Origin: Lingula anatina
Lineage: Eukaryota; Animalia; Brachiopoda
DNA length: 64,000 nt
Reading direction: 5' to 3'
Assembly: GCA_051362555.1 (NCBI GenBank)
Contig: CM120643.1
Coordinates: 23,502,848-23,566,847, forward strand
A program made the translations under genes and the position numbers. Of this stretch, positions 1 through 13,008 are shown piece after piece (the first letter of the stretch is position 1; every line of letters starts with the position of its first letter). The notes beneath the pieces are model-generated. The model was not told the DNA's origin. It worked only from the letters and a program-made list of their open reading frames with translations, and did no database searches.

Positions 1-1270
1 GCACCATTTGAAAAAAATCTTAACGCGGTAGAAGTGCATTGTCATAGAAGACTTCATTTTGCTTACGTGTATCTTTCTCACGATAAACAAAAATATGTTC
101 AATAATACATATATGGGAGGGCAGAGCATCCGAGCCTTTACAAACGGGTGAGGGATAAATGTTGCAACTGTCTAGGACATGGGGCACAGTTGCTCACACG
201 CACTCACACAGACAATGTTAAAACGAAAGAAAACACCTATGCAGCCTGAGAAAACACACACCCATGAATTGTGACTGTTGTGTAAGCTCGCCTACTGCAA
301 TTCACAAATATTACAAATAAAAGTAAGTGACAATATGATTATACTCACAATGTGTGTGCGTGGACGGGGTGTGCAAAAAGGTCTTTTTTTTTTTTACGAA
401 ATGGCCAAGTTATAATTAGGTAGAAGAAACCACCTTTCAAAACAGTATTTACTTAACAAGAGAGATGAACCTAAACAAAAAATGAGGGGGAAAATTTTAA
501 GACACAAATATTGCGATATATCAGTGAACAATATGTTTATTCCCTCACATAAAACATACAATGAATACGTGGTACATCGTCATTTACATTTTGATAGAGG
601 TGTGTGCACTCATGTGGGTTCTGCTTTGCATAAATGAAACAATTAAAAGAAAAAAAACCTTAAACCTTAAAATTGTTTTAATGTTTAAACCAAATTAAGG
701 TTTAATTTGACCTTACCTAAGAAGAAACAAAATTAAATCAATGAAGTTTTATAACAAGAAAAACATTGCTAATAGTCAGATATCGATTTAAGTGGATTTC
801 TGTAAATTTTCTGTTTAACTGAAACTTTCAGGGAAGACCTTTTATTATTTCCCAACCCCTTAAATAGATGCGCAAAGAAAATAACGTGATCTGAGTTAAT
901 GTTCATGATTACATGTAATGGTGATTTAAACTCTTTATGAAAATTACCAGAGATCCCTTAATAGAAGACAAGAAAAATATTTGGTCGGAAAGCTTGAGGT
1001 AGGATTTACTTTTATATCAATATGCACTGCCCTTCTGGACCTAGATTCCCAGGTGTATTTATACGGAGCCAGGACATATATTTCTGTCGGACATAATTTT
1101 CTTTCACACTGAACAAGTGTCCTACACAACAAACGTCCGTGCACGTAATATTAAATATTACATGTCTATACAAGTATTATAAACACGAAGGGATAAGTAT
1201 CGGTAATTTTCAGACGGTCTCCAGCAGCATCCACACAGGCTGATGGGTAAGGCGTCTGGATGAAAAAGCG
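1..1270. repeat. Duplicated block, copy A (homologous to ~8366-9680)
   Basis: Colinear matches such as cggtagaagtgc..tgtcatagaagacttcatt, acccatgaattgtgact, gatctgagttaatgttcatgattacatgtaa and aaacacgaaggg.taagtatcgg. Confidence 0.85.
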
Positions 1271-2093
1271 ATTACTTTATATATGAAAAGTGTGTGCTTC
1301 CCACTTGAACATGACAATAAAAAGGAAAGGCGCAAATTTGAAAGTATACGTACAGTGATATGATTTTGATTTTTTAAAATTAAAAATACATAAGTAACTG
1401 AAATTTGAATAACATTTAGTATTTTTGGTTCTTCTTTTCTTTCTCTATCATTTATTTTATTAAGGTGGGTTCGGAGTTTTATTTGAAATAAATTATTTTT
1501 TCTGAATAAAATACATGTTTAATTATAAATAACATAATCTCAACTAAACCTAAAAAATTACATATTCTTCAACAAAAATGAACACACAAAGCTACGTCTG
1601 GAATCGTCAATTGCTATTTCAGTTGGGAAAATATGTCCGACTAGGACATCGATTCGGGTCTGCAAGACTTAGAATACTTAGTAACAGTTGTCTTACGGAC
1701 ATGCATTACGGCAGATATCATTCATCCCTTCACGACCATAGTTCTGGAAATACTGAGAGATCTCAGTTGAATTTTAGCTATGTGTTGAGATTTTGAGATA
1801 CCCCCAACGATTTCCACTCAGTCGCAGTAATTGGCCTTTTACATGCATGATTTATGTAACCCTCATTGTGGATAGCATGCACTGATAGGCGGCATTAAGT
1901 AAATAGGATTAACTTGTCTCATTCCATAACTGCGACTGATTTTGCCTAATTTACTTACTAGTAGCCAGTTTTGTTGAAAAGTGTATGTTCCCAGTTAATA
2001 TTATGATAAAGCAAATGAACTATTCCTACTGTGCTCAGACTTCTAACCGAGATTGGGCATTGCTAATAAGATGTCGTATGGGCCTCCCTAAGT

Positions 2094-4681
2094 TTATGCA
2101 CTGGCAGTGTTTCGAGTAAACAACTCCTTTAATTGTGCTCGAAATTGCGAACCACTGATTAGAAAAATCAGTAAGTTGAACGCATGGTATAACAACTCGC
2201 CAACTCTACCAACATAAAAAAGATAGCCCACAAACAAAGGTATTGCCCCTCCAGGTACGTATGTTGTAAAAACCATACTTATAACAGATGTCGTACACAA
2301 AATAAGGAAAAAAAGAGACGAAACCAACAGAGATACGGTGCTTATTATTTCTTTACTCTTTCTCACATTTCTCCCGCCAGATATGAGTTCTTTTCGGGAT
2401 TTTCTTTGAGCCCAGATAAAATGTATTATCTTGATGTTCATCCCGGTAATGGCGAGTAACATCATAATTCTTCCGATGATGCGTATTGCTGCTACAATTC
2501 CTAAGCGTCTCTGCCATACATTGTATTCCTCAACAGCTACCGCACACGGGGCATCAGAGTACAGTAAGCTTGCAAAGGCCACGGCTCCAGATGCTGCTGC
2601 CCCGGCATAAACCATCTGCAAAAGTGATAGAAGTGATATTTTAAACGACTGGTTAGTGGTATAAGATTATGGTAGCTGATAAACGTCAGATGGTGTAAGT
2701 TACTGCATATCATTGGCGGATTTACGTGCATGTTGGCGCACGTATCATCAGCTTCAGCCCTTCCCTACCCCCCTACCCCCCGCCCCCCCCCCCCCCCAAA
2801 AAAAAAAAGTTTGACAAACGAAACAAACCCAAATCATTTTCCATCCCTGCGGCGTTCCTATCATGCTAAAATTAAGTTTTCAATTTTTTTCTAGTTGTGA
2901 TTCCTAAGAAAATCCTGATCCACTTCTGTATGATAAACACGGTTCAACAAGAATATAATAAGGGAGTATGGGAAGAAAAGTTGAGTCACCCAACGCAGCT
3001 TTTAACAATATGTAAAGACTGCCTTTTAATATGCTATGACTGTAAATGAAAGATCAAATTAAATGCAACATCTTCAAATTATAAGTCCTGTGCCTTGGGG
3101 TATACAATGCGAGTTATCAGAAAAAAGAATTGTATTTGAAATTTTGGTCATTTGGCAAATAAAATTGACGTCTTAAAATTTAAGCGCTGTCGTTTGAAAG
3201 AAAATAAAAAACAACAAAAGGCATTTAAATTGTTTTAAGTACTTTCTTTTTCTTTACTTCAAAGGACTTACCGATCTGAAGAGAGTTTTTCTGGCGCATA
3301 TGAAACTGGTTTTGAACGGGAAACAGACAAAAAGAAACCTGTCAAGTGTTATGATGAAGATGAGAACTGCAGCCCAGTCTGAGGTGAAAATGTCTGCAGT
3401 GAATAACGTGTTGCAAAGGGCACTTGTGAATCCAGTGAAATGTACTATCTGATATAAATCGGTCATAATCCCTACCAATAATTCACTCAATGCTCTAAGG
3501 AAGTGCGCTATTCCAAGGGTGGAAGACAAGAAGTTCTTGGTTTCTGATCTTCCTTTCAGTTTTCGATCGCCGCGCACAACAACAACCACGAGGATAATGT
3601 TGCACAAAAACGACAAGGGGCAAAGAATATACACAGTATATATGTATACTTTTAATAACGCTAAAAAGTTTTTTATCTTCAGGGTGGAACCGCTGGACAA
3701 CCAGATGAGGCATTCAAATGGATCACTTTTTACCACCATTTCCAGGACAGGTGGTTTGATTTTATCTACGTCCATTGGACATGCGCGCTTTGCTAATTCC
3801 CGCGTGTTATTTAAAACTGCCGCCGGAAGTACACTGGGTCGAAATGGACAGGATATACCTGGTTCGGTAGTTTTCCATAACTGCTCTGATACGTCTTGTC
3901 GAAGGCAAAGGTACAACTTATTGTATTCTTGAGTATTTTCGGCCAAGCACTCTTCTTTGTTCATCTCGTACAACACCGTGGCTGTGAAAACCTCCTCTGA
4001 CAACTCGACGATCCCACAATACTTAGCATATGTGCTGTTAGAGAACCAAGAGTCAACCGTTCGAAAACTGTCTATCAATCCGCTTGCAACCCTTGGTGAG
4101 CAAAAGAAATATCTTTCTTTGAAAACAGTTTCCAAATCTGATGAAGAAGGATCATGATTAACATCAACGTCCTGGTTTTGTTGCGATGCTTTGATACATA
4201 TATGCGTGCTTGAAGTAGCGTTGGCTGTGAAGTTTTTACCTTTTGTAAAGTTACGGTTTCCCCATAAATTGTCAGTTTCGTAGACGATTTGAGACATGCG
4301 CTCCAGGCCATCTTGTATCAGACCGTCGACCGTTTTCCTAAAGTCAACAAATGTGCTTCTTTTTGCGCTGTTCGTCAGCTGACTGCAATTTTCTCGTTCA
4401 ACTCCCGTTAAAACAACAGTCCTGCGCTTCGTGTCTAACATACTGGTGTAATTAAAGACACACGATGAGTCCATCGTTTGCAGGGCTACTTCCATCAAGC
4501 TGGTCGGAAACCCTAATGTTGCAGTCATCTGGTCGTATAATTGCCTTGTAAAGTTAAAATGACACCCGGACAACACTTGAATCTTACCCACTCGGCGGGA
4601 GATAGGATTCTCACTAAATATATTTTGTATCTGAAAAAATGAGAGTTGCAAGATACAAACAGGAAAAATGTAAAACAACAT
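2094..4681 (-). CDS. Rhodopsin-like (class A) GPCR, FMRFamide-receptor/srw-like 7TM with long Cys-rich N-terminal ectodomain; two exons, join(4681..3272, 2615..2094), 643 aa
   Basis: The 475-aa ORF has a signal-peptide-like start, then TM1-TM3 ending in IITLDRFLFVCFPF (DRF motif). A phase-0 GTAAGT donor follows ...FRS (intron starts 3271) and a phase-0 ttttgCAG acceptor ends at 2616. The downstream exon gives TM4-TM7, ending FNLLIFLISGSQFR plus helix 8. Confidence 0.9.
2616..3271 (-). other. GT-AG intron (656 bp, phase 0) of the ectodomain GPCR
   Basis: Minus strand reads TCG|GTAAGT...cacttttgCAG|ATG; splicing joins TM3/ICL2 to TM4 in frame. Confidence 0.85.
2711..2929. mobile_element. Possible degenerate MITE within the GPCR intron
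   Basis: Ends cattggcggattt ... cctgatccacttctg resemble the termini of the element at 45718-45962; internal C-runs. Confidence 0.3.
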
Positions 4682-7600
4682 AGCTTTGGCTGGGAGTTAT
4701 ACGTCGAAGAAGTGACCAATGTACTGACAAAACGATGGCAAATAGACAAACTGAACGAGTTTTGCCTTTATATGAGGTATCATTAATTCCATGATGGACA
4801 GAAATGACAAATGATGTAAGCTGTTTTCGATTCCATGTTTAATGTTCCATGCATAACTGTGTGTGGAATAACAGGATGTCTCGATAATTCCACACGAATA
4901 CATTTATGTAGGACGAAAAACAATGTCTTTGTACGCACAACAATTATCAATTTTTTTTCTATTTTCTTCGTCAGGCATTACTTTATCTCAGCTGTAATTG
5001 TTATGCACAAGAGAGACAAAGCAAAAATATCACGGCTTCCCAAATGACATGTCAAAAAATCAAAATGAAAATATATAGGCAGCGGCTTTCAACAGATGTG
5101 AACTATCTACAAATTCAGTTAAAATGGACATTAGTATTATTTCCAGGGTAGCATGCTGAGAATACACACTAAAAAGCGCATTTTCTGATCGTAATTTCTG
5201 ATCGTAAATGTTCTTTTTTGTTATCCGCCCATTCCATACAGAACAAAAAGTAAGGGAAATAATGTAATGAAATTCTGTGCTATATTTCTGTGCTATTTGG
5301 CAATACTTTGAGATAAGTACTGGCTTAATCTTTAAATAAGATATTTGTAAAACATGGTGCCTTATATGTTCTTGCTTTTTGAGCATAGTGAAGCTGCGAC
5401 TCTGTCAACCAGAACATACCGCATTTCTTATTCTGAAAACCCAGACCAACATCAGGCAATGTTTTTGGGGAAGGGGGCTATTGAAGGACTGCAATGCATG
5501 TACATGTAAACAAGATATACATGTATGTATCGCCAGTGATACTAATCTTCTCGCTGACTAAAAGAAAAGAAAGAGACTTGTGATGGGCTGGGATTAAGGA
5601 ATTGGAAAAGGGTTCCAAAATACCGAAAAAATTCTTTTTCAAAAATACCTAAGGGGGAAACCCCTAAGCCCCCCCCCCCCCGAACCCCCCAAGAAGTCTA
5701 CGATCCTGACTGCAATCAAAGGATTTTCAAGGCACTTACAGCAAATACTGTTGTCCCACCTTAAATATGCACATATAGGAGAATTCACCATGATCTATTG
5801 AGCTCGGATATGTTTCATAATCTTAGTCATTTTTACCACGTGAGGCTTTAGCTATGGACTCGGTATATTCCGCTATTTTCGTTTCCTCTTTCCCATTTTT
5901 GCGGTGAATTCTTATAAGTCAAAATGAGCGTCCTTTTCGTACAATTTTGCCCCCACCTAACGTGACTGTTATGTTTATAACATTCATTGATTTATGCTGT
6001 AATCGGGCGAAAAAAATTATTAAGACAATCTCACACATTTCCTAATCATCCATTAATTTTGATCACGATCAACATGCCCTGTCTTGGTATTAATTAACCT
6101 TTAATTCAGAGTTTTGAAACGAGATATACCATAGGTATAAAAAGCTTTCGAGTTACGTGAAAAAATGTGGCTTCATCAGAACATTTATTAACTCAAAGGT
6201 AATAGGCGAGTAGTGATTTCAAATTTAGCTTAGTTTTCACTTAAACAACTTTGGGCAACTGTAAATATGAAGATGACCTCCAAATCCAATGCATATGCAA
6301 AACCCTTGGTCTTGGTTGATACCACTATTTCAGCCCAACCATGCACTAGAAATGAGAAAATGGAAATCCCTTAACTGATTGGAATCATTTTTTTAACCTT
6401 TTGACAAATACAAAATGGGTGCCACCTATCAAGAAATAACATTTTTCTCTTATAGGAATCAAACAAAAATTTCAGAAACTATACAATTGTAGCTTATGAT
6501 GTCAAAATCATTTAAATTTATTTTTTTAATCAAAATATAATTTCTTAATCAAAATGTAATTTTCTATCACGTGTATACATGTAACAACTGTGGAGATGAC
6601 TATGGAAACCACCAGATTAAGATATGTAATGGATATAATATTCTAGATATTTTTCTGAAAACTGATCTGTATGGAGATGCATGGTTTAATAGTCTGGTAT
6701 TTTATATAAAAATTAAGTCGATAAATAAACGTTTAAAAGCTCCAACTTGGCGTCGTATAACAACTTGGCGTCTATAACACTTGGTTAGAAGTCTGAACTT
6801 AATAAATATAATTCACTTACCGTTGTAAGTTTTAATGATTTACATAGTTATGTGAAGGGGGAGTCTAAACAAAAATATCTATTTCATTCAACATAGTAAT
6901 AAGTTTGGTTTCGACTATTTTACTGAACTTCAAGTTTTAATGACCGTATTGAGGAATCAATTTTAAGTTAAAGTTAACCTTTGCCTTAAAGTTAATAAAT
7001 CCTGCTATAGCCACAATGAAGAATTGTAATTCAGAATGGCTTTAAAAACAAACCACGGCTATGCGACTGAGACAATTGCCAGTGTACGCTCTCCAAAGCA
7101 AAGTTTTGATGGCGTGTCAAAATAACATATTTAATTCTGGAAATGTGCAAATCAATTAAGATATTTAACCTCAGCAGAGCTTAACGTGTTACAAAATATT
7201 ATTCTCCATTTATAATGAGAACATATCCTGTATACTTGCATTTCTTATTTATAAATATACTTTATTTTAATTTCCATTGTGATTTTCTTACAGTAAATTT
7301 CTGTAATAGAGACATTATCATTATTTCCATGACACGTCTAACGTAGCTTAAAGAGCCAGCAAATGTACCAATTGTGTAATTTCGTTCTCAGTAAACATCA
7401 TCATTATAAAAGCAGTATACCCCATGTGCAAATGAAATAGAACGTATGATTTGATCAGATATTACCATACTGTTAAGTGCTTGAGATTTGGAATTTCATC
7501 AGTTAAAACATGTACCGGTGTACCATGAAACTCTGACTACCCTAAAAGGTGACTGGTGACTCATCATTATAAAAACTGACTCCCCAGTCAAATATTCATA

Positions 7601-8365
7601 ATGATTCCCCTCATAAAATTTTGACCCCCCCTTCATAAATCTGATTTTATTTGAGTATATGACTTTTGCATAATGAAGGATACATTGGCACTTTTTGTTA
7701 GTTTGCAGGAAAAAACTTTCATGAGAAAATAAGAAAAATAAAAAAGTGTATTTTACCACACAATGGCTCCCATATGAAAAAGCTAATTATTTGACATTTG
7801 GTCAACATTTCAACGTTTTCTTTTGGTATACCTTATGAAGAAGATGTTGGAAATATTTGAAAGTTCGATGGTAAAATATTGGGTCATAAAAATTTTTAAA
7901 AATTACGAAAAATCTTCATTTTCATACCCATGGGATTTGGACTCCCATGACGATTTTGTCTTACTTAGTCACCATAACATTATTTTCCACATACTTACTA
8001 CTACCTGCAGGATTTGGATTCCCATGTCAAAATGCTACTTATTTCATTTTTAGCCTAGGAAATCAGCCTCTGTTGTCTAAATAGCTTTCCACGGGGCAGT
8101 CATTGAAGTTGATCAATTTACATAAAATTTTTCCTTTGACCCTTTTGGCAACGTCTTTCTCCCAGTTAAAGAACCATTTTACATGATAAATGGTTCGTGA
8201 TTTGAGGCCTGTGATCCCTTTTGGTCAGACGAATGCTCTTTTCGACACTTCGCGACTCCAGTGTTTCTTGGTTAGGCTATCGTGATAAGACCGATCTTTT
8301 TTGTATAAACCAACATGGGTTTCATAATTGACCCGATTGTTTCTACATCAAGTCAAATTTCTGTT

Positions 8366-9680
8366 GCACAATTTGCAAAAAATTTAACACGGTAGAAGTG
8401 CGATGTCATAGAAGACTTCATTCTGCCTACATGTATTTTTCTCACGTTGAACAAAAATATATTCAATAATACACATATGAAAGGGCAGAGCAGCCGACCC
8501 TTTACAAACAGATGAGGGAATAAGGTTCCATCTGTCCAGGACATGGGGCACAATTGGTCACACGCACTCACACAGGCAATGTTAAAACGAAAGAAAACAC
8601 TTCTGCAGCCTGAGTAAACACATACCCATGAATTGTGACTGCTGTGCAAGCTCACCTACTGCAATTAACAAATCTTACCAAATAAAAAAAATAGCGACAA
8701 TTTTATTATGTTAACAATGTGTGTGCGTGGACGTGGTGTGCAAAAAGATCGTTTTCTCTGTAGGAAATAGCCGAGATATAATTAGTTAGAAGAAACTGCC
8801 TTTCAAAACAGTAATTACATGACCCTGTCTCAGAGAGATACACTTGAACAGAAAATCAGGGGGATTTTTTTTTTTAAACAAATAGTGTGATCTATCTGTA
8901 AACAATATGTTTATTCTCTCACATTAACTACACAATGAGTAAGTGGCGCATCATTGTTATTTACATTTTGTGTGCAGTCATGTGGGTTCCGTTTTGCATA
9001 AATGAACCAATTGAAAGAAAAATAGTCAGAACAATATTGATCCAAGTGGAAACCTATAAATTTTCTATTGAACTGAACTTTTCAGGGAAGACTTCCCCAC
9101 CCCAAATTAAATAGATGCGCAAAGAAAATACCGTGATCTGAGTTAATGTTCATGATTACATGTAACAGTGATTTAAACTCATCATGGATACCCTTAAAGG
9201 AGATCGTTACGTCATGCAAGACAAGACAAACGTAAGGCCAGAAAGCGAGGTAGGGCTTACTTTTTATCAATATGAGTGAAAGTCACAGAGAGTATTACAA
9301 AATATCACGCAAAATATGATATGTTCTTACAGTTGTGCAGAAGTCTATAGTTCCATAAAAAACAAGCAGAATGTATATATCATCTGCCAATAAATTTGAC
9401 CCGATGTGAAATGAATGCATGTCTTGTGGACAAACGTTCCCTGGGATGTACTGTCCTACCAGGACCTAGATTCCCAGCTGTATTTATAAGAAGCCAGGAC
9501 ATATATTCCTGTCGGACATAATTTCCTTTCACACTGAACAAATGTACTACATAAAAAAAGCCCGCACAAGCATTATTAAATGTTGCATGTCCGTACAATT
9601 ATTATAAACACGAAGGGGTAAGTATCGGCAATTGTCGGACGGTCTACACAGGCTTAGGGGTAAGGCGTTTAGATGAAAAA
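8366..9680. repeat. Duplicated block, copy B (homologous to 1-1270)
   Basis: Same anchors as copy A, in the same order and orientation, with indels. Confidence 0.85.
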
Positions 9681-9974
9681 GATTTGTTAGGAGCTAGGAG
9701 GCGAGACAAAGGCTAGGAGATGAGACAAAGGTTTGAATAAATACAATACTACTAATTGAAATTGCCTTGTTCAGCCTCTGTCCGCTTCTCAAGTGGAGAG
9801 AGGATACAGAGCTCTCAAAAGAATCAAATCTGACTGGAGGTCAAGTTTGGAGAACAGTATGCTTAAGTCAACACATTTTTGACAACAGTTTTATCGGGGC
9901 CAAGTTTTGATGATCATTTAGTCAAGGATTCTATCAACCACTAGGTGGCAGGGTGGCACTCAGAGAATTACATG

Positions 9975-10520
9975 GACCACCCCCTTCAGCCTCTTCACGA
10001 TTAAAGGACTTTTATGTCTGTATTAAGTAAAGAGAAAGAAATAAATTTTGAGGACAGCAGACCTTAAGTTTATTAGCAACAATACGTTGATAGTTAACAT
10101 GTACCCGATTTGTAGCATAATTTAATTTGCACGGCGCCACAAAAGCAAGCATTTATTTCCGTGACTTCCCAATTACGGTTTTTTTATGATGGACCTCGCA
10201 GTATGCTTTAAGATTCAAACTCTTGATGTTACGTTACCGTGGTAATTCGTGTTTGCTTTGCTTTTTTCAACCGTACATGGTACCAACCGCGCCAAGAGAA
10301 ACAACCAACATCCATACATGCAGTTACCTAGCTCTAATGTCAATCAAACGAAATTTTCATAAACTATTTTAGCAGATGTAAACCATGTTCACCTTCCGAT
10401 AACTTGACCACACGTACTGGTGTATGCCAGAAGTTACAGTGAGAGGACTTACATGTACCACGGAGCCACAGATGTGCAGCTAGTAACCACTGACTTAAAA
10501 TACAAACTTTCTCTCACTGA
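9975..10520. repeat. Third, more diverged copy of a block also at ~11005-11430 and ~18135-18550
   Basis: Shared ccccttcagcctcttca..attaaaggac, caatcaaacgaaattttcataaactattttagca and cacgtactggtgtatgccag. Confidence 0.75.
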
Positions 10521-10890
10521 GAAAGCCACCTAGGACATTTATCTTCAATTACAATTATATATACACGACTGTTAAAGAGTTCGGTCATCGAGCTTGTATA
10601 AGGAATGAAGGGCCTTGAGGCCATGCTGTTATATTCTGAAAGGTACAAATGGATCCCTTACTGTGAAAATAGCTGATTAATCGAGTGAATTGATAAGGCA
10701 GTGATACAGAGCATATTCAGGTAATCCTAAATTGCCGATAGAATAACAAGTAACCGGTAGTTTTTCTATAAGATATTATATTAAGTTTTACATTATTGTG
10801 TGATTGGAATTCAATAGAATAGCAATGTATGGTTATTTCTTGTACCCAGGGGCAACACGAAAAATGTTGCAAGACCTTTTTTTCACTTGC

Positions 10891-10922
<32 letters not shown>

Positions 10923-11588
10923 GCGCATAGCCAGAAGGCCAGAAATATCTGTGACTATCTCGTAAAAAAATCTATCCATGACCTTGGTAAGGGTAGATAT
11001 CACAGCCACCCCTTCAGCCTCTTCATAATTAAAGGACTTTTATGTCTTTATTACGTAACGAGGACACAGGCTTTAAGATTATTAGCAGCAATACGTTGAT
11101 AGTTAACATGTACGTACCCGATTTGTAGCAAAAATAATTTGCGCGGTGCCTCAAGAGTACGCATTCATTTCCGTAACTTTTCGAGACCAACTGTGACTAG
11201 AGAAACAACTAACATCTATTCATTCAGTCACCCCTTATGCCAATCAAACGAAATTTTCATAAACTATTTTAGCATATGTAAATCATGTTCACCTTCCGAT
11301 AACTTGAACCCACGTACTGGTGTATGCCAGTGGTTATTGTAAGAGGACATACATGAACCACGGAGCCACACATACGGAGCTATAGTAATCAATGGCTCCA
11401 AAAAAACTTTCTGTCTCACTGAGAAATCCACGTTCCAAGAAAGGTGGGGGCGTTTTAACTTTGAGTTTTCTATTGAGATTTAGTTTGGCTTTCTCATAAC
11501 ACAACGACCATGATGAGATGCAAGGCTGTCACTCTTGGCACGTTTTAAGGGCTTAAAAAGAAGTCCTTTTATTTCACAGTAGCATCTA

Positions 11589-11750
11589 CAACATTAGTCA
11601 AAATGTTGTCCCACCCCCATTTCCATGTAATTTTATTTACAAATGATCACCTCACAGCTGTAAATTGTTAGAAATAGTGTTTTTTATTACAGATATCGTG
11701 TCTAACATGATTAATGGTTAAAAAAAAGTAGTGATGAAAATATACACATT
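11589..11750 (+). mobile_element. Solo truncated TIR of the Tc1/mariner family seen at 30953-32369
   Basis: TA followed by caacattagtcaaaatgttgtcccacccccatttccatgta...gatcacctcacagctg, matching the TIR starting at 30953. Confidence 0.85.
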
Positions 11751-11941
11751 ATGTAATTAAAAAAGATGAGAAATGTAAATGACACACAAAAATATTTATT
11801 CAAAAGTAAAGAGAGGCGCATACATTTGAATAACAACAAGCTTAATAATGACCATGTTTATATTATATATGCTTATCAGCAACAGAAAGAAACGAAAACT
11901 GTTTTCAGATCTCTGTTCGTTGAAATTATTAAAACTTTGAT

Positions 11942-11997
11942 AAATAATAATAATAATAATAATAATAATAATTATTATTATTATTATTATTATTATA
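11942..11997. repeat. (AAT)n(TAT)n palindromic microsatellite
   Basis: An aat run is directly followed by its reverse-complement att run. Confidence 0.9.
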
Positions 11998-13008
11998 CTA
12001 AACAGTATATTCTAATAAAAAAAATGAAAACTATAGGTTAAGGCATATCACAGGAAGCTAATATAATGACACCCGGCTTATCTCTTCTCTCAGCCAGAAG
12101 CCATTCTAGCTGTTACAAAATGTGGACACGAGTCCTTTATGCAATTTTGCATATTTTGCTAGATTGGCCCCTGGCTGAGAGTACAGTTATTTTGGTTACG
12201 ATATCAGTGGGTGAAACGATTATTAGTCTGGCTACCTGTTGCTTGCAACCGTGTTTGATTAAACCATCACAAATTGTTTGAATCTATGCCTCTAAGCGCT
12301 GCCTCATGTCAAAAATTTGACAAAAAGAACACATAGTTCTCTATAGACAGTCACATTTCCCTTCTTTTGTGCTATCTTTAATATATATTCTACCGACCTT
12401 ACCCTATACAAAGGCCACAGAGGGAATGCATTCACCAAATATTCACATGCATTTCTCTGGCTATTCACAGGCTCTGCTCATATCTGTTCTGCCAGATGAG
12501 GTCTCTTTTGCATTAAAAAACTTAACCGCAGAAACGTTCTCTAGTCTCTGATGGCAAGCATATGTAAACTTATCCTAAGCATCTTTGTTTCGACACACAA
12601 AATATATAACTTACTATAAAAAATATTGCACAGAGCCTTCAGGAGTAAAAAAATTTTAATTAATTAATTAATGATAAAAATAATAAATAAGTAAAAGCTG
12701 TCTTAACCTTCGGTTACTTATTACTATTAGTATGGTTTTGTCAATTAAGTAATCTATAACATAATTAACATATATATTTTTCAATAAACAACATTTTTAA
12801 AAGGTACATTTCGAATAAACAACAATTCTAACCATCAAATAATCTTAATCTTCATATTAAAATATTCCATTACACAAAAATTACCCATTCCAAAAATAAA
12901 AGCCTAGACCGAGGTTGCATTTGTCCGATGACATAACTAAATACAGAGAAGTAATATCCCAAAAGATAATAGCACAGTATTTGCAAATATTTGTCATTTA
13001 ATGCGTGT

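Noticed and set aside
3519-4311. Overlapping alternative-frame and antisense ORFs within the GPCR exon (similar ones at 16316, 26310, 39389, 39843, 62448)
   Set aside because: Shadows of real coding sequence.
7548-7973. Possible MITE with ggtgact...agtcacc ends
   Set aside because: Inverted match is only ~7 bp and no TSD was found.
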